Positions 42,578 through 51,702 of a stretch of 64,000 nt of DNA are shown piece after piece. Both the position numbers and the translations under genes were made by a program. Location of the stretch: positions 107,322 through 171,321 of the forward strand of contig JBBQTD010000002.1 in the NCBI GenBank assembly GCA_038234715.1, in the 5' to 3' direction. The notes beneath the pieces are model-generated. The model saw nothing but the letters and a program-made list of their open reading frames with translations. It was not told the origin of the DNA and ran no database searches. Source of the DNA: Lysobacterales bacterium. GTDB lineage: Bacteria > Pseudomonadota > Gammaproteobacteria > Xanthomonadales > Xanthomonadaceae. The first letter of the stretch is position 1. Each line of letters opens with the position of its first letter.

Positions 42578-42802
42578 TCAATAATGCGGAGGTGGCGGTT
42601 CTTCCTGGGTGTCGCCAGGGATCATTCCGCGCAGCTCACCAACGTCGGCCAATGCGCGTTCGAGGCGTGCGCGGTCGCGCGCCGACTCCATGCGTGCATC
42701 GGCCAGCGCGTCGCTCATCTCGATCAGCGTTCGCTCGATGAAGGCAATCCTCGTCTCAAGGTCGATCAGGCGTTCCAGCATGCGCGTGGTTTCCGCTTTC
42801 AT
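42578..42802 (-). CDS. slyX: SlyX family protein
   Basis: 74-aa coiled coil [33 protein letters not shown]... Its ATG overlaps the ugd stop (ATGA at 42799-42802). Confidence 0.75.
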   Translation of the reverse strand: MKAETTRMLERLIDLETRIAFIERTLIEMSDALADARMESARDRARLERALADVGELRGMIPGDTQEEPPPPHY

Positions 42803-44139
42803 GGCTGCCGCACCGATCGGCCGCGACCGATGCCGTAGTAAGCAAGGCCCGCCGCTTCCACGGCAACGGGATCGTAGATGTTGCGACCATCGAAGATCGC
42901 CTTGTCGCGCAGACGCGCCGCAACCTCCGCGAAGTCCGGGCTCCAGAATGCCTTCCACTCCGTGACAACGATCAGCGCGTCCGCACCTTCGAGCGCCTCG
43001 GCCGGAGTGGTGCAAAGGGTCAGGTCGTCGCGCTCGCCGAACACGCGCCTCGCCTCGTCCATCGCCTCCGGGTCGTACGCGCGCACCGATGCGCCTACTC
43101 TCCACAAACCTTCCAGCAATGTGCGGCTGGGCGCTTCGCGCATATCGTCGGTGTTGGGTTTGAAGGCAAGGCCCCACAACGCAAACCGCTTGCCCGCGAG
43201 GTCTTGCCCGAAGTGCGCTTGCACGAGTTCGAACAACCGGGATTTCTGGGCGCGGTTCACCGCCTCCACCGCAGACAGGATGCGCGCCGCGTAGCCGTGC
43301 TGTTTCGCGATGTAGTCCAGCGCCTGCACATCCTTCGGGAAGCACGAGCCGCCATAACCGGCGCCCGGATAGATGAAGGCATAGCCAATACGCGGGTCCG
43401 AGCCAATCCCGTGGCGCACCATCTCGATGTCGGCGCCGACCCGCTCGGCGATGTTCGCCATCTCGTTCATGAAGGAGATCTTGGTCGCGAGCATCGCGTT
43501 CGCGGCGTATTTCGTCAGCTCGGCCGAGCGCATGTCCATGACCACAATGCGCTCGTGGTTGCGGTTGAACGGCGCGTACAGGCGCTTCATTTCCTCGATC
43601 GCATGCGCCGCGTCGGTGCCGATGATGATGCGGTCGGGGCGCATGCAGTCCTTGACCGCATCGCCTTCCTTGAGGAATTCGGGATTCGAAACGACATCGA
43701 ACGCAATGTCCAACGCGCGCACGGCCAGTTGCGCGGCAATGGCTTCGCGCACGCGATCGCCGGTTCCGACCGGTACGGTGGACTTGTCGACGATGACAGC
43801 CGGGCGATCGAGGTGCTGGCCGATCATGCGCGCGACTTCGAGCACATGGCGCAGGTCCGCGCTGCCGTCCTCGTCCGGCGGCGTGCCGACCGCGATGAAC
43901 AGGATGTCGCCGTGCGCCACGCCGGCCGCCGAATCGGTGCTGAAACGCAACCGCCCGGCAGCCTGGTTCGCCCTGACCATTTCCTCAAGCCCGGGCTCGA
44001 AGATCGGCACCACGCCCCTGCGCAAGCCATCGATCTTTGCCTCATCGATATCGACGCAGACCACGTCATTGCCGACTTCCGCCAGACATGCCCCGGTCAC
44101 CAGTCCTACATATCCGGTCCCGAACAGGGTCACGCGCAT
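42799..44139 (-). CDS. ugd: UDP-glucose 6-dehydrogenase
   Basis: [26 protein letters not shown] Rossmann motif and catalytic GGSCFPKD. Confidence 0.9.
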   Translation of the reverse strand: MRVTLFGTGYVGLVTGACLAEVGNDVVCVDIDEAKIDGLRRGVVPIFEPGLEEMVRANQAAGRLRFSTDSAAGVAHGDILFIAVGTPPDEDGSADLRHVLEVARMIGQHLDRPAVIVDKSTVPVGTGDRVREAIAAQLAVRALDIAFDVVSNPEFLKEGDAVKDCMRPDRIIIGTDAAHAIEEMKRLYAPFNRNHERIVVMDMRSAELTKYAANAMLATKISFMNEMANIAERVGADIEMVRHGIGSDPRIGYAFIYPGAGYGGSCFPKDVQALDYIAKQHGYAARILSAVEAVNRAQKSRLFELVQAHFGQDLAGKRFALWGLAFKPNTDDMREAPSRTLLEGLWRVGASVRAYDPEAMDEARRVFGERDDLTLCTTPAEALEGADALIVVTEWKAFWSPDFAEVAARLRDKAIFDGRNIYDPVAVEAAGLAYYGIGRGRSVRQP

Positions 44140-44159
44140 CGCACTCTCCAGCAATCAAT

Positions 44160-44187
44160 CGACCATCCTGCAATGACAGGATGGTCG
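44160..44187 (-). other. Perfect 11-bp stem hairpin between the FKBP gene and ugd
   Basis: CGACCATCCTG-CAATGA-CAGGATGGTCG. It lies 86 nt after the FKBP stop and 21 nt upstream of the ugd ATG. Confidence 0.4.
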
Positions 44188-44272
44188 TGATGCATTACAG
44201 CCAATCGGCGTGCTGGCGGACTGCACTGCGGTCGCGTTGACCGCTGTTTCAGCCAGCCGACACCTGTCCTGC

Positions 44273-45004
44273 TTACTTGTTGCCGATCGAGAGCAGTTCG
44301 ATCTCGAAGTGCAGCGTCGCGTTCGGCCCGATCGGGCCGCCCGCGCCAGTGCCCTTGGCACCATAGCCCAGCGTCGAGGGGATCCAGAACTCGTATTTGC
44401 TGCCGACTGGCATCAACTGCACGCCTTCGGTCCAGCCCGAGATCACGCTATTGAGCGCCATCACGATCGGACCACCATTCTTTTCGGAACTATCGAAGAC
44501 CTTGCCGTCGAGCGTGCTTCCGACGTAGTTGACCTTGACGCTGTCGGTAGCCTTCGGCTTCGGACCGGTACCTACCTTGAGCACCTTGTACTGCAGTCCC
44601 GAAACGCTGGTCTTGACTCCAGGCTTGCCCTTGTTTGCCGCCAGAAACGCGGCTCCTTCGGTTTGGTTCCTGGTGCCCACGGCCTGCTGATCAGCGGCCT
44701 GGCGCGCCTTCACCTTTTGGCCGAAAGCCGTCAGCACGGCCTGCGCCTCGGGAATCGTCATCATCGGCTGCCCTCCGGAAAGACCCGTGGAGATCGCGCG
44801 CGTGAGCACCGAGGCGTCCACATCGCCTTTGACCTGTTCGAGCGAAGCGGCCATCTGCATGCCGATTGCATAGCTGACCCTTTCCTTTTCGGTCGTCAAT
44901 CCAGGTTTGGCGGCTGGGGCAGGAGCTGCGCATGCGACGGCGGAAAAGGCAAAAGCGAGTACTGCGCCTGCAACAGGCGCGGTGCGACGTGAATAAAACT
45001 GCAT
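44273..45004 (-). CDS. FKBP-type peptidyl-prolyl isomerase (Mip/FkpA-like), secreted
   Basis: Signal peptide MQFYSRRTAPVAGAVLAFAFSAVACA, an FKBP_N dimerisation helix, and an FKBP core VNYVGSTLDGKVFDSS...LGYG. GGAG SD before the ATG at 45004. Confidence 0.85.
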   Translation of the reverse strand: MQFYSRRTAPVAGAVLAFAFSAVACAAPAPAAKPGLTTEKERVSYAIGMQMAASLEQVKGDVDASVLTRAISTGLSGGQPMMTIPEAQAVLTAFGQKVKARQAADQQAVGTRNQTEGAAFLAANKGKPGVKTSVSGLQYKVLKVGTGPKPKATDSVKVNYVGSTLDGKVFDSSEKNGGPIVMALNSVISGWTEGVQLMPVGSKYEFWIPSTLGYGAKGTGAGGPIGPNATLHFEIELLSIGNK

Positions 45005-45208
45005 GGAGTGCTCCGGAATGACGGGGACTGAGAATGTGGGGATCACGTGAACATGGCACCATCGCGGGTACCAGTCGGCTATTGTCGCGGCGAAAGCCCG
45101 CAGCGGCAATGGCGGCCTGTGAGACAACCCTTCGCGCTTCAGGTTCCCTTGCCCCGGTGCAGCCGGGAAATCGTTGCCGCGCCGTCGTCAATTGGGGAGC
45201 AAACGCGG

Positions 45209-45709
45209 ATGGATACCCTGCTCGAACTCGAAGCAGCACGCGCGCGCAATCCGCAGAGCTTCGAGCCAGGTTCGGATGCTGAAACTGCCGCACTCAAGCG
45301 TTTTGCGGACTTCTTCGGTGATTTCGCGCCCGGTCGCGTCGCGCGCCTGCTCGACGCCACGTATGCCGCCGATGTCTATTTCAACGACAACCTCAAGGCC
45401 GTCCGCGGCTCGACGGAACTTGCGCGTTACCTGGACGAGAGCGCCGGCGGTGTTGAGGATTGCCGCGTCACCATCGAGGACGTGACCCGCAACAAGGACG
45501 GCGACTACCTCGTGCGCTGGAGAATGCTGATCCGGTTCCGCAAGTTCGCCAAGGGCCGCGATACCTGGACCGTGGGTATCACCCATCTGCGCTTTGCCGC
45601 CGACGGTCGCGTTGCCTACCACCAGGACTACTGGGATTCCGCCCTCGGCATCTACCAGCACATCCCGTTGCTTGGCGCAGCGATCCGCGCGATCCGGCGC
45701 AGGTTCTGA
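45209..45709 (+). CDS. NTF2/SnoaL-like fold protein
   Basis: ATG at 45209 follows a GGGGAG SD. Size and pattern (YAADVYFNDNL...HQDYWD) fit a SnoaL-like domain. Confidence 0.55.
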   Translation: MDTLLELEAARARNPQSFEPGSDAETAALKRFADFFGDFAPGRVARLLDATYAADVYFNDNLKAVRGSTELARYLDESAGGVEDCRVTIEDVTRNKDGDYLVRWRMLIRFRKFAKGRDTWTVGITHLRFAADGRVAYHQDYWDSALGIYQHIPLLGAAIRAIRRRF

Positions 45710-45875
45710 CCACTGCAGCTAGCGTCCAGAGGCACCCGAACACGGGCAGTGCATGCGCCTCCCACGAGTCGTGTGCCCCGAACAGTCGCTTCGGGGGGCT
45801 TCCGCGAACCTGCGTTGCGACCCATCCGCAGCCGCGTCTATGTCTTTAGTTGGGGTGAAACAGCTCAAGCGGGTG

Positions 45876-45903
45876 TTGACATGGTCGATCTTGGTGTTAT
45901 AGT
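45876..45903 (+). promoter_or_regulatory. Sigma70 promoter TTGACA-N16-TATAGT of the GntR/ABC operon
   Basis: Consensus -35 at 45876-45881 and near-consensus -10 at 45898-45903, 45 nt upstream of the ATG at 45949. Confidence 0.65.
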
Positions 45904-45916
45904 TCACTACAACACC
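45893..45916 (+). promoter_or_regulatory. Operator palindrome GGTGTTATAGT-TC-ACTACAACACC overlapping the -10 box
   Basis: 11-bp arms with one mismatch. It is a probable autoregulatory site for the YtrA-type GntR encoded downstream. A second copy lies at 12115-12138. Confidence 0.55.
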
Positions 45917-45948
45917 TAACCCATACCTCACCCACCAGGGAGTGCGTC

Positions 45949-46263
45949 ATGTACAGCAAGACCCGGAACACGCTGACCGCGCTAGTCGCCGCGTCGCTGT
46001 TCGTCGTCTCCGGATGGCTGTTCGGCCATCCGGTTGCCATGTCCGAAGCACCCCAGCCGCAAGCGACACTGAACAGCTCCCTGGCGGGCACGGGGCTGCC
46101 GGACGCGAACCTGTTCATTTCGGGCGTCGTGGACGCGCGCCTTTCCGCTCCGCGCCTCGCGCAAGTCTCGAGCACGATGCAAACGCGCCGCGCCAACCGG
46201 CTGAGCCTCGCGATGCCCTACTACTCCTTCGCGATGCTCATGCCGCAGCACAGGACCTACTGA
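45949..46263 (+). CDS. Small membrane/secreted hypothetical protein, first gene of the GntR/ABC operon
   Basis: GGGAG SD, an N-terminal TM/signal segment LTALVAASLFVVSGWLF, and a stop 1 nt before the GntR ATG. Confidence 0.5.
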   Translation: MYSKTRNTLTALVAASLFVVSGWLFGHPVAMSEAPQPQATLNSSLAGTGLPDANLFISGVVDARLSAPRLAQVSSTMQTRRANRLSLAMPYYSFAMLMPQHRTY

Positions 46264-46264
46264 C

Positions 46265-46636
46265 ATGACAGTCACCTGGAACGACAACGCCCCAATTTAT
46301 CGGCAGCTCAAGGAGCGCATCGTGGTGATGATGCTCGATGGGCAGCTCAAGCCGGGCGATGCCCTGCCCTCGGTGCGCCAGATCGCGGCGGATTATCAGC
46401 TCAATCCGATCACCGTCTCGCGCGCGTACCAGGAGCTGGCCGACGAAACACTGGTTGAAAAACGAAGGGGACTTGGCATGTACGTGACCGAAGGCGCGAC
46501 CGGCAAGCTTCTGGCTTCCGAACGCGAGCGCTTCCTGCGCGAAGAGTGGCCAGCGATGGTGGAGCGCATCCAGCGGCTTGGCCTGCGCGTCGAAGACCTG
46601 CTCAAGCGCGCCAATGCGCAGGAGAAGCAATCGTGA
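46265..46636 (+). CDS. GntR-family transcriptional regulator, YtrA subfamily (short effector domain)
   Basis: wHTH LPSVRQIAADYQLNPITVSRAYQELADETLVEKRRGLGMYV. Only 123 aa. Confidence 0.85.
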   Translation: MTVTWNDNAPIYRQLKERIVVMMLDGQLKPGDALPSVRQIAADYQLNPITVSRAYQELADETLVEKRRGLGMYVTEGATGKLLASERERFLREEWPAMVERIQRLGLRVEDLLKRANAQEKQS

Positions 46637-47490
46637 GCGCCGTGATTTCCGCCAAGGGCCTGACCAAGCGCTACGGCAAGCAGGTCGCCGTCGACAACAT
46701 CACCTTCGACATCCCGGCTGGTCGCATCATCGGCCTGATCGGTCCGAATGGCTCGGGCAAGACCACCACGCTCAAGGCCGTGCTGGGTCTGATCCCCTTC
46801 GAGGGACATCTGAGCGTGCTTGGAATGGATCCATGCACCCAGCGCGACGCACTGATGCAGGACGTGTGCTTCATCGCCGACGTGGCGATCCTGCCGCGCT
46901 GGCTGCGCGTACGCGACGCGGTGGATTTCGTCGCGGGCGTGCATCCCAAGTTCGATCGCGCCAAGGCCGAACGCTACCTCACGCACACCAAGCTCACGCC
47001 TTCGATGAAGGTCAAGCAGATGTCCAAGGGCATGATCGTGCAACTGCACCTGGCCCTGGTCATGGCGATCGACGCGAAGCTGCTGGTACTCGACGAACCA
47101 ACCCTCGGCCTCGACATCCTGTTCCGCAAGCAGTTCTACCAGAACCTGCTGGAAGACTACTTCGACGAACAGAAGACCATCATCGTCACCACCCACCAGG
47201 TCGAGGAGATCGAACACATCCTCAGCGACCTGATGTTCATCAGCGAAGGCAGGATCGTGCTGTCGGCGACGATGGACGAGATCGGCGAGCGCTTCACCGA
47301 AGTGATGATCCCGGCCGACAGGATCGAAGCCGCCAAGGCGCTCAAGCCGATTGACGAACGCCAGGTATTCGGCAAGTCGATCATGTTGTTTGACGGCGTG
47401 CCGCGCACGCAACTCGCGACGCTCGGAGAAACCCGCAACGTCGGCATCGCCGACCTGTTCGTCGCGACCATGAAGGGAACCTACGCATGA
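46633..47490 (+). CDS. ABC transporter ATP-binding protein
   Basis: GTG at 46633 overlaps the GntR stop. Walker A GPNGSGKTT and Walker B LLVLDEPT. Confidence 0.9.
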   Translation: MSAVISAKGLTKRYGKQVAVDNITFDIPAGRIIGLIGPNGSGKTTTLKAVLGLIPFEGHLSVLGMDPCTQRDALMQDVCFIADVAILPRWLRVRDAVDFVAGVHPKFDRAKAERYLTHTKLTPSMKVKQMSKGMIVQLHLALVMAIDAKLLVLDEPTLGLDILFRKQFYQNLLEDYFDEQKTIIVTTHQVEEIEHILSDLMFISEGRIVLSATMDEIGERFTEVMIPADRIEAAKALKPIDERQVFGKSIMLFDGVPRTQLATLGETRNVGIADLFVATMKGTYA

Positions 47491-48476
47491 ACACCATGAA
47501 ATGGCTGGTCAAACGCGAATACTGGGAGCACAAGGGGGGATTCTTCTGGGCGCCGGTGGTCGTGGCCGCGATCATGGCCTTCTTCATCACCGCCAGCATC
47601 GTCTCGGTCGCGGTGATGGGGAGCAGGCACGGCTTCGAGACGAGGGTCGTCAATGGCACGACCGTGTCCTCGGTCACGCGGCTGTCGAGCCTGATGACTC
47701 CCGAGCAGCAGAGCGAAGCCGCAACCGGCATCGCCAACGGATACATGGGAGCCTCTGCGCCGTTGTTCATGGTGCTCGGCTTCGTGGTGTTCTTCTTCTG
47801 CCTCGGCGCGATGTTCGACGAGCGCAAGGATCGCAGCGTGCTGTTCTGGAAGTCGCTACCAATCTCCGACAGCGCAACCGTGCTGTCGAAGGTCGCGATT
47901 GCGCTGATCGTCGCACCGCTGATCACCCTGGCCGTTGCCACCGTGATGTCATTGATCTTGCTGGTGGTGATGTGCATCACCTCGGCGGCGTTGGGCCTGC
48001 ACATGCTGGGGCAGGTGTTCGGCGACCCGGGGCTGTACCTCGCCCCGTTCGAGCTCGCCGCGATGCTCCCGGTGTACATATTGTGGGCGCTTCCCACCAT
48101 CGGCTGGCTGATGATGGTTTCCGCATGGGCCCGCACCAAACCGTTCCTGTGGGCCGTCGGTGTCCCGCTGCTGACAGGTGCACTGTTGAGCTGGTTCAAC
48201 GCGATGTTCGGATTCGGCTGGAAAATCGGATGGTTCTGGCAGAACATCGTTGGCCGCGGCCTGCTTAGCGTGATGCCAGGCACCTGGTTCACCAGCGGGG
48301 GAATGGCCAATGCGCGCGACCTTACGCAAGGCATGCAGAATCATGTCGACATGGGCATCTTGTTGTCGCACTCGTGGCAGGCTTTCGCAACCGCGGATAT
48401 GTGGATAGGCGTTGCGGCTGGCGCGGCCATGATCTACGCCACCATTCGCCTGCGCCGCTGGCGGGACGAAGGCTGA
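47487..48476 (+). CDS. ABC-2 type transporter permease-like membrane protein
   Basis: ATGA overlap with the ATPase gene and multiple TM helices. Confidence 0.75.
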   Translation: MNTMKWLVKREYWEHKGGFFWAPVVVAAIMAFFITASIVSVAVMGSRHGFETRVVNGTTVSSVTRLSSLMTPEQQSEAATGIANGYMGASAPLFMVLGFVVFFFCLGAMFDERKDRSVLFWKSLPISDSATVLSKVAIALIVAPLITLAVATVMSLILLVVMCITSAALGLHMLGQVFGDPGLYLAPFELAAMLPVYILWALPTIGWLMMVSAWARTKPFLWAVGVPLLTGALLSWFNAMFGFGWKIGWFWQNIVGRGLLSVMPGTWFTSGGMANARDLTQGMQNHVDMGILLSHSWQAFATADMWIGVAAGAAMIYATIRLRRWRDEG

Positions 48477-48690
48477 AAAGCGGCGTCCATGACCAGCCAG
48501 TGGCTGATCGAGGCGCCCTGAAGGCCCACAGCATGAGCAAAACAAGACACTGCCAGGTTGGGCATGGATGCCGAACCTGCCAGCTCCCTCCCGCAGCACT
48601 GCGTGACATTCGTCAATGGCCCGCTCCGCATTTTCATCGCGTCATCAGATGAACTGCCAAGGTCATACCCGCGCTCCGAAGGACATCACC

Positions 48691-49224
48691 ATGAAATCCA
48701 TCTCCGCTCGATGCCTAGCCATTGCCTTCGCCTTCACCCTCGCCGGCTGCGACGAAGGCATCACCATCGGCGACGGTAGCGGCATGCAGAGCATCCGCTT
48801 CCACGACGGCAGCATCGCGATCCACAAGAGCGGCGGGCCCGAGGCGGACATCACCGCCGCTGGCGACCTGAGCATCGGTGGCAGGCCGGTCGCAGTGACT
48901 CCCGCGCAGCGCGATCTGCTCAAGCAGTACTACATGCAGGTCCTTCAGGTGCGCACGGACGGCATCGCGATCGGCAAGGCGGGCGCGGCGATGGCGGGTC
49001 ATGCGGTAGGCAGCGTCGTGTCGGGACTGGCGCATGGCAATCCCGACAGCATCGGTCCGGCCATTGACGCGCGCGCGGAACAGATCAAGGCAAAGGCCTT
49101 GGTCGTGTGCAACGAAGCCACCGCACTGCGCACGCAGCAGAACGCCATTGCGAGCGCGGTGCCGGCCTTCGGGCCCTATGCATCGATCAAGGCCACCGAC
49201 GGCGATTCCTGCCGAACACATTGA
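48691..49224 (+). CDS. Lipoprotein (possibly DUF2884/YggN-like)
   Basis: Lipobox AFTLAGC. ATG at 48691. The family call is tentative. Confidence 0.55.
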   Translation: MKSISARCLAIAFAFTLAGCDEGITIGDGSGMQSIRFHDGSIAIHKSGGPEADITAAGDLSIGGRPVAVTPAQRDLLKQYYMQVLQVRTDGIAIGKAGAAMAGHAVGSVVSGLAHGNPDSIGPAIDARAEQIKAKALVVCNEATALRTQQNAIASAVPAFGPYASIKATDGDSCRTH

Positions 49225-49305
49225 CTGGCGCATCGCCCACTGCAACCAACCCGGCAGGCGGCGCATCCATCACTACGACTGCCCTGCCACCCGAGGATCA
49301 CGATC

Positions 49306-50079
49306 ATGTGGAAACTTCTGGCCTGCACCCTGCTGCTGACACCGACGCTTGCGCATGCCGCCGAGGCCTGCAAGTTCACCGCTCCGCGCAATGCCACCCT
49401 CGATTTCGCCGGCGTGCACACGCTGGTCATCGAACTGCACCAGCACAACCTGCACCTCGACGGCGGTCCGACGGCTAGCGGGCAAGTCCACGGGCGCGCG
49501 TGCGCGAGCTCCGAGGACCGACTGGACGCCCTGCAGATCGTCCAGCATCGCGAAGGCGATCGCCTCATTGTCGAAGCAAAGGACGACAACAGGTCCTGGA
49601 GTGGCATCAGCCTGTTCGGCGATCACTACGACTACCTTGATCTGCAAGTCGACATCCCCGCCAACGTCGCGATCGAACTCAACGTGGGTTCGGGCGACGC
49701 GAACGTGAAGAACGTCGCCGAACTCGCCGCCCACGTCGGCTCGGGTGACCTGCAGGTCAACGGCGTGCACGGCCGCTTCGGCGTCCACGTCGGATCGGGC
49801 GACATCAAGGCCGAGGACGTCGGCGAGACCCATGTCGACTCGGTCGGTTCCGGAGACTTCACCGTCAATCGCGTGCGTGGCGATGTGCACGTGGGCAGTG
49901 TTGGATCCGGCGACGTCGACCTGCGCGCCGTCGGCGGTAGCGTCGACGTGGGATCGATCGGTTCGGGCGAGTTGCGCGTCAACGGCGTCGCGCACGATCT
50001 GCACGTCGCGAGCGTCGGCAGCGGCGACATTTCGCACTCCGCAGTTGCGGGAAAAGTGGATATCCCGAAGCAGGACTGA
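49306..50079 (+). CDS. Secreted beta-helical GIN-domain protein (DUF2807/DUF4097-like putative adhesin)
   Basis: Signal peptide MWKLLACTLLLTPTLAHA, followed by repeated V/IGSGD rungs about every 19-20 residues. Confidence 0.7.
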   Translation: MWKLLACTLLLTPTLAHAAEACKFTAPRNATLDFAGVHTLVIELHQHNLHLDGGPTASGQVHGRACASSEDRLDALQIVQHREGDRLIVEAKDDNRSWSGISLFGDHYDYLDLQVDIPANVAIELNVGSGDANVKNVAELAAHVGSGDLQVNGVHGRFGVHVGSGDIKAEDVGETHVDSVGSGDFTVNRVRGDVHVGSVGSGDVDLRAVGGSVDVGSIGSGELRVNGVAHDLHVASVGSGDISHSAVAGKVDIPKQD

Positions 50080-50112
50080 ATCTTGGCCCATGAGCTGCAA
50101 ACTGAAATCAAA

Positions 50113-50130
50113 CGCCCCGGCTCCGGGGCG
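50113..50130. terminator. Bidirectional hairpin terminator CGCCCCGG-CT-CCGGGGCG
   Basis: 8-bp GC stem. A T-rich tail (tttgatttcagttt) follows on the minus strand and a weaker one (ccattgttcctt) on the plus strand. Confidence 0.55.
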
Positions 50131-50412
50131 CCATTGTTCCTTCGGCCAACCCAATTCGCGACAGAACGCAACGTTCGGGCCGACCGAATCCATCTGGCGA
50201 CTTGGCCCCATCAGCTTTTCAGGAAAATCTGTCGGGCGTCGAGCGGCATCTTCCCGCCCAGTTTGTCCGTCGGCTCGCCGGTAAAGTTCGGCTGCCAGCT
50301 CCTGAAGAACGTCTGCCTGCCGACGCGGCGACCTAGTTGGGCGGAAGATGACCTCGGTCAGCCGGCAATGGACTTCCGCCGTTCCATCGCGCCAATCGGG
50401 CCGCCCATCAGG

Positions 50413-50873
50413 CAACTCCGGTAGATCTTCAAGCAACTCCGGTGGTCCTTATAGCAACTCCATTCGTCCTTCGAGCAACTCCGGTAGCTCCTGAAGCAAC
50501 TCCGCCAGCTCTTGAAGCTACTCCGATAGCCCTTCAAGCCACTCCGCCGGCTCTCAAGTCCACTCCACCAGCTTGTGAGTCTCTCTACTGGAGTGGCTAT
50601 CCACTCCACCAGCCTGCCAGGCCGCTCCATTAGCCTGCAATGCAACTCGGTTGGCCTTCCAGGCAACTCCACCAGCATGGCGCTCCACTCCAGCAGCCTG
50701 CAGGTCCACTCCGCTAGCATTGCTATCGGATCGGCGAGTGCCCGCTCGAATCGGTTGGCCTGTCGAGCCACTCCTGCGGCTTGTCGATCCATTCGGTTGG
50801 CTTGGACCTCGACTCCACCGGCCTTCCACGCGACTCGGCTGGCTTGCCAGTCCAATCTGCTGGCTTGCACCCA
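50413..50873. repeat. 21-bp x 22 tandem array
   Basis: Examples: caactccggtagctcctgaag, ccactccaccagcctgccagg. The conserved skeleton is C-[AC]-A-C-T-C-[CG]-N4-G-C-N-T. Two units are 20 nt (50581-50600 and 50727-50746). Confidence 0.95.
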
Positions 50874-50947
50874 CCATCAACGAGCAAACGGACTTTCTCG
50901 GCAGCGATCGAGTTCGTTTCACGCTGTCGCGCGAGTCCGTTTCCGAT

Positions 50948-51553
50948 TCATGCGTTCGGTAGTTGCCGGGTGCCAAGGATGCAGTAGGTGTTCCTGCCGA
51001 GCAGGCTATGCACCAGCGCGACTTCGCGCACAGGCCACAGGATGGGCCTGATCGGGATGGGAGCAGGCGGCAGGCGATCGGCGTGGAACAAGGTTAGATG
51101 AGGACTAAAGCCTGGCTCGAGCCAGCGCGAGAATCCCGCGGCCTCGAACAAGCCGCGCGATTCACGCCATAGCGCGTGCACGCCCGGCGAGGCGCAGTGC
51201 AGAACGATCGGGTAGTGCCGTGACTCACCGGGAAAACCGGTGATCCGGTCCAGTACCATCGTCCAGGGCGGAGACTTTATCTGCGCCATCGCCGCGAGCG
51301 CCGCGTCGACCGTTTCGGGCCCAAGCTCGGCATGATCTCCCAGGTGATGCACCGTCACATGCAGGCGCGAGGGATGCTGCGGTGTCGCGCGCAATGCCTG
51401 GTCGCGCAGGTAGCCGTGCGCGACATTGCCAATCGTGAGTTGCGCCGTTGCGTCCGGGAAGATCCCGAGGAACAGCCGATCCTTGGCAGCAGGCTCCGCG
51501 ATGACTTGTGGAGACGGATGCGCAAGGCCGGGAAGCCCTGGATCGATGGCCAT
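50948..51553 (-). CDS. 2H phosphoesterase superfamily protein (LigT / 2'-5' RNA ligase-like)
   Basis: Two H-x-T/S-x motifs, HVTVHH and HLTLFH. ATG at 51553; the track start at 51589 is TTG. Confidence 0.65.
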   Translation of the reverse strand: MAIDPGLPGLAHPSPQVIAEPAAKDRLFLGIFPDATAQLTIGNVAHGYLRDQALRATPQHPSRLHVTVHHLGDHAELGPETVDAALAAMAQIKSPPWTMVLDRITGFPGESRHYPIVLHCASPGVHALWRESRGLFEAAGFSRWLEPGFSPHLTLFHADRLPPAPIPIRPILWPVREVALVHSLLGRNTYCILGTRQLPNA

Positions 51554-51702
51554 CACGTGATTGTCCCCGTCGATCGAGCCATGCGGCAAGGATGCGCCCG
51601 ATTCGCCCGGCGATGTTCATGCGACTGCATTCCAGCCCTCCAGCCATGGGCCGACAATCACGGACCGACTGTTTCCCCAAGCCCAACGCGCGCGTGTGTG
51701 CG

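Noticed and set aside
49273-50436. 387-aa minus-strand ORF starting inside the 21-bp array
   Set aside because: Its start is a TTG. Most of it is antisense to the GIN-domain gene, and it runs through the hairpin terminator at 50113-50130.
50358-50976. ORFs 50358..50870 and 50554..50976 as genuine heptad-repeat protein genes
   Set aside because: Each reads the 21-bp units in more than one phase because of two 20-nt units. They have no SD, low third-position G+C and a Trp/Arg/Ser/Cys-rich composition. The region is kept as a finding about the DNA repeat, not as CDS calls.
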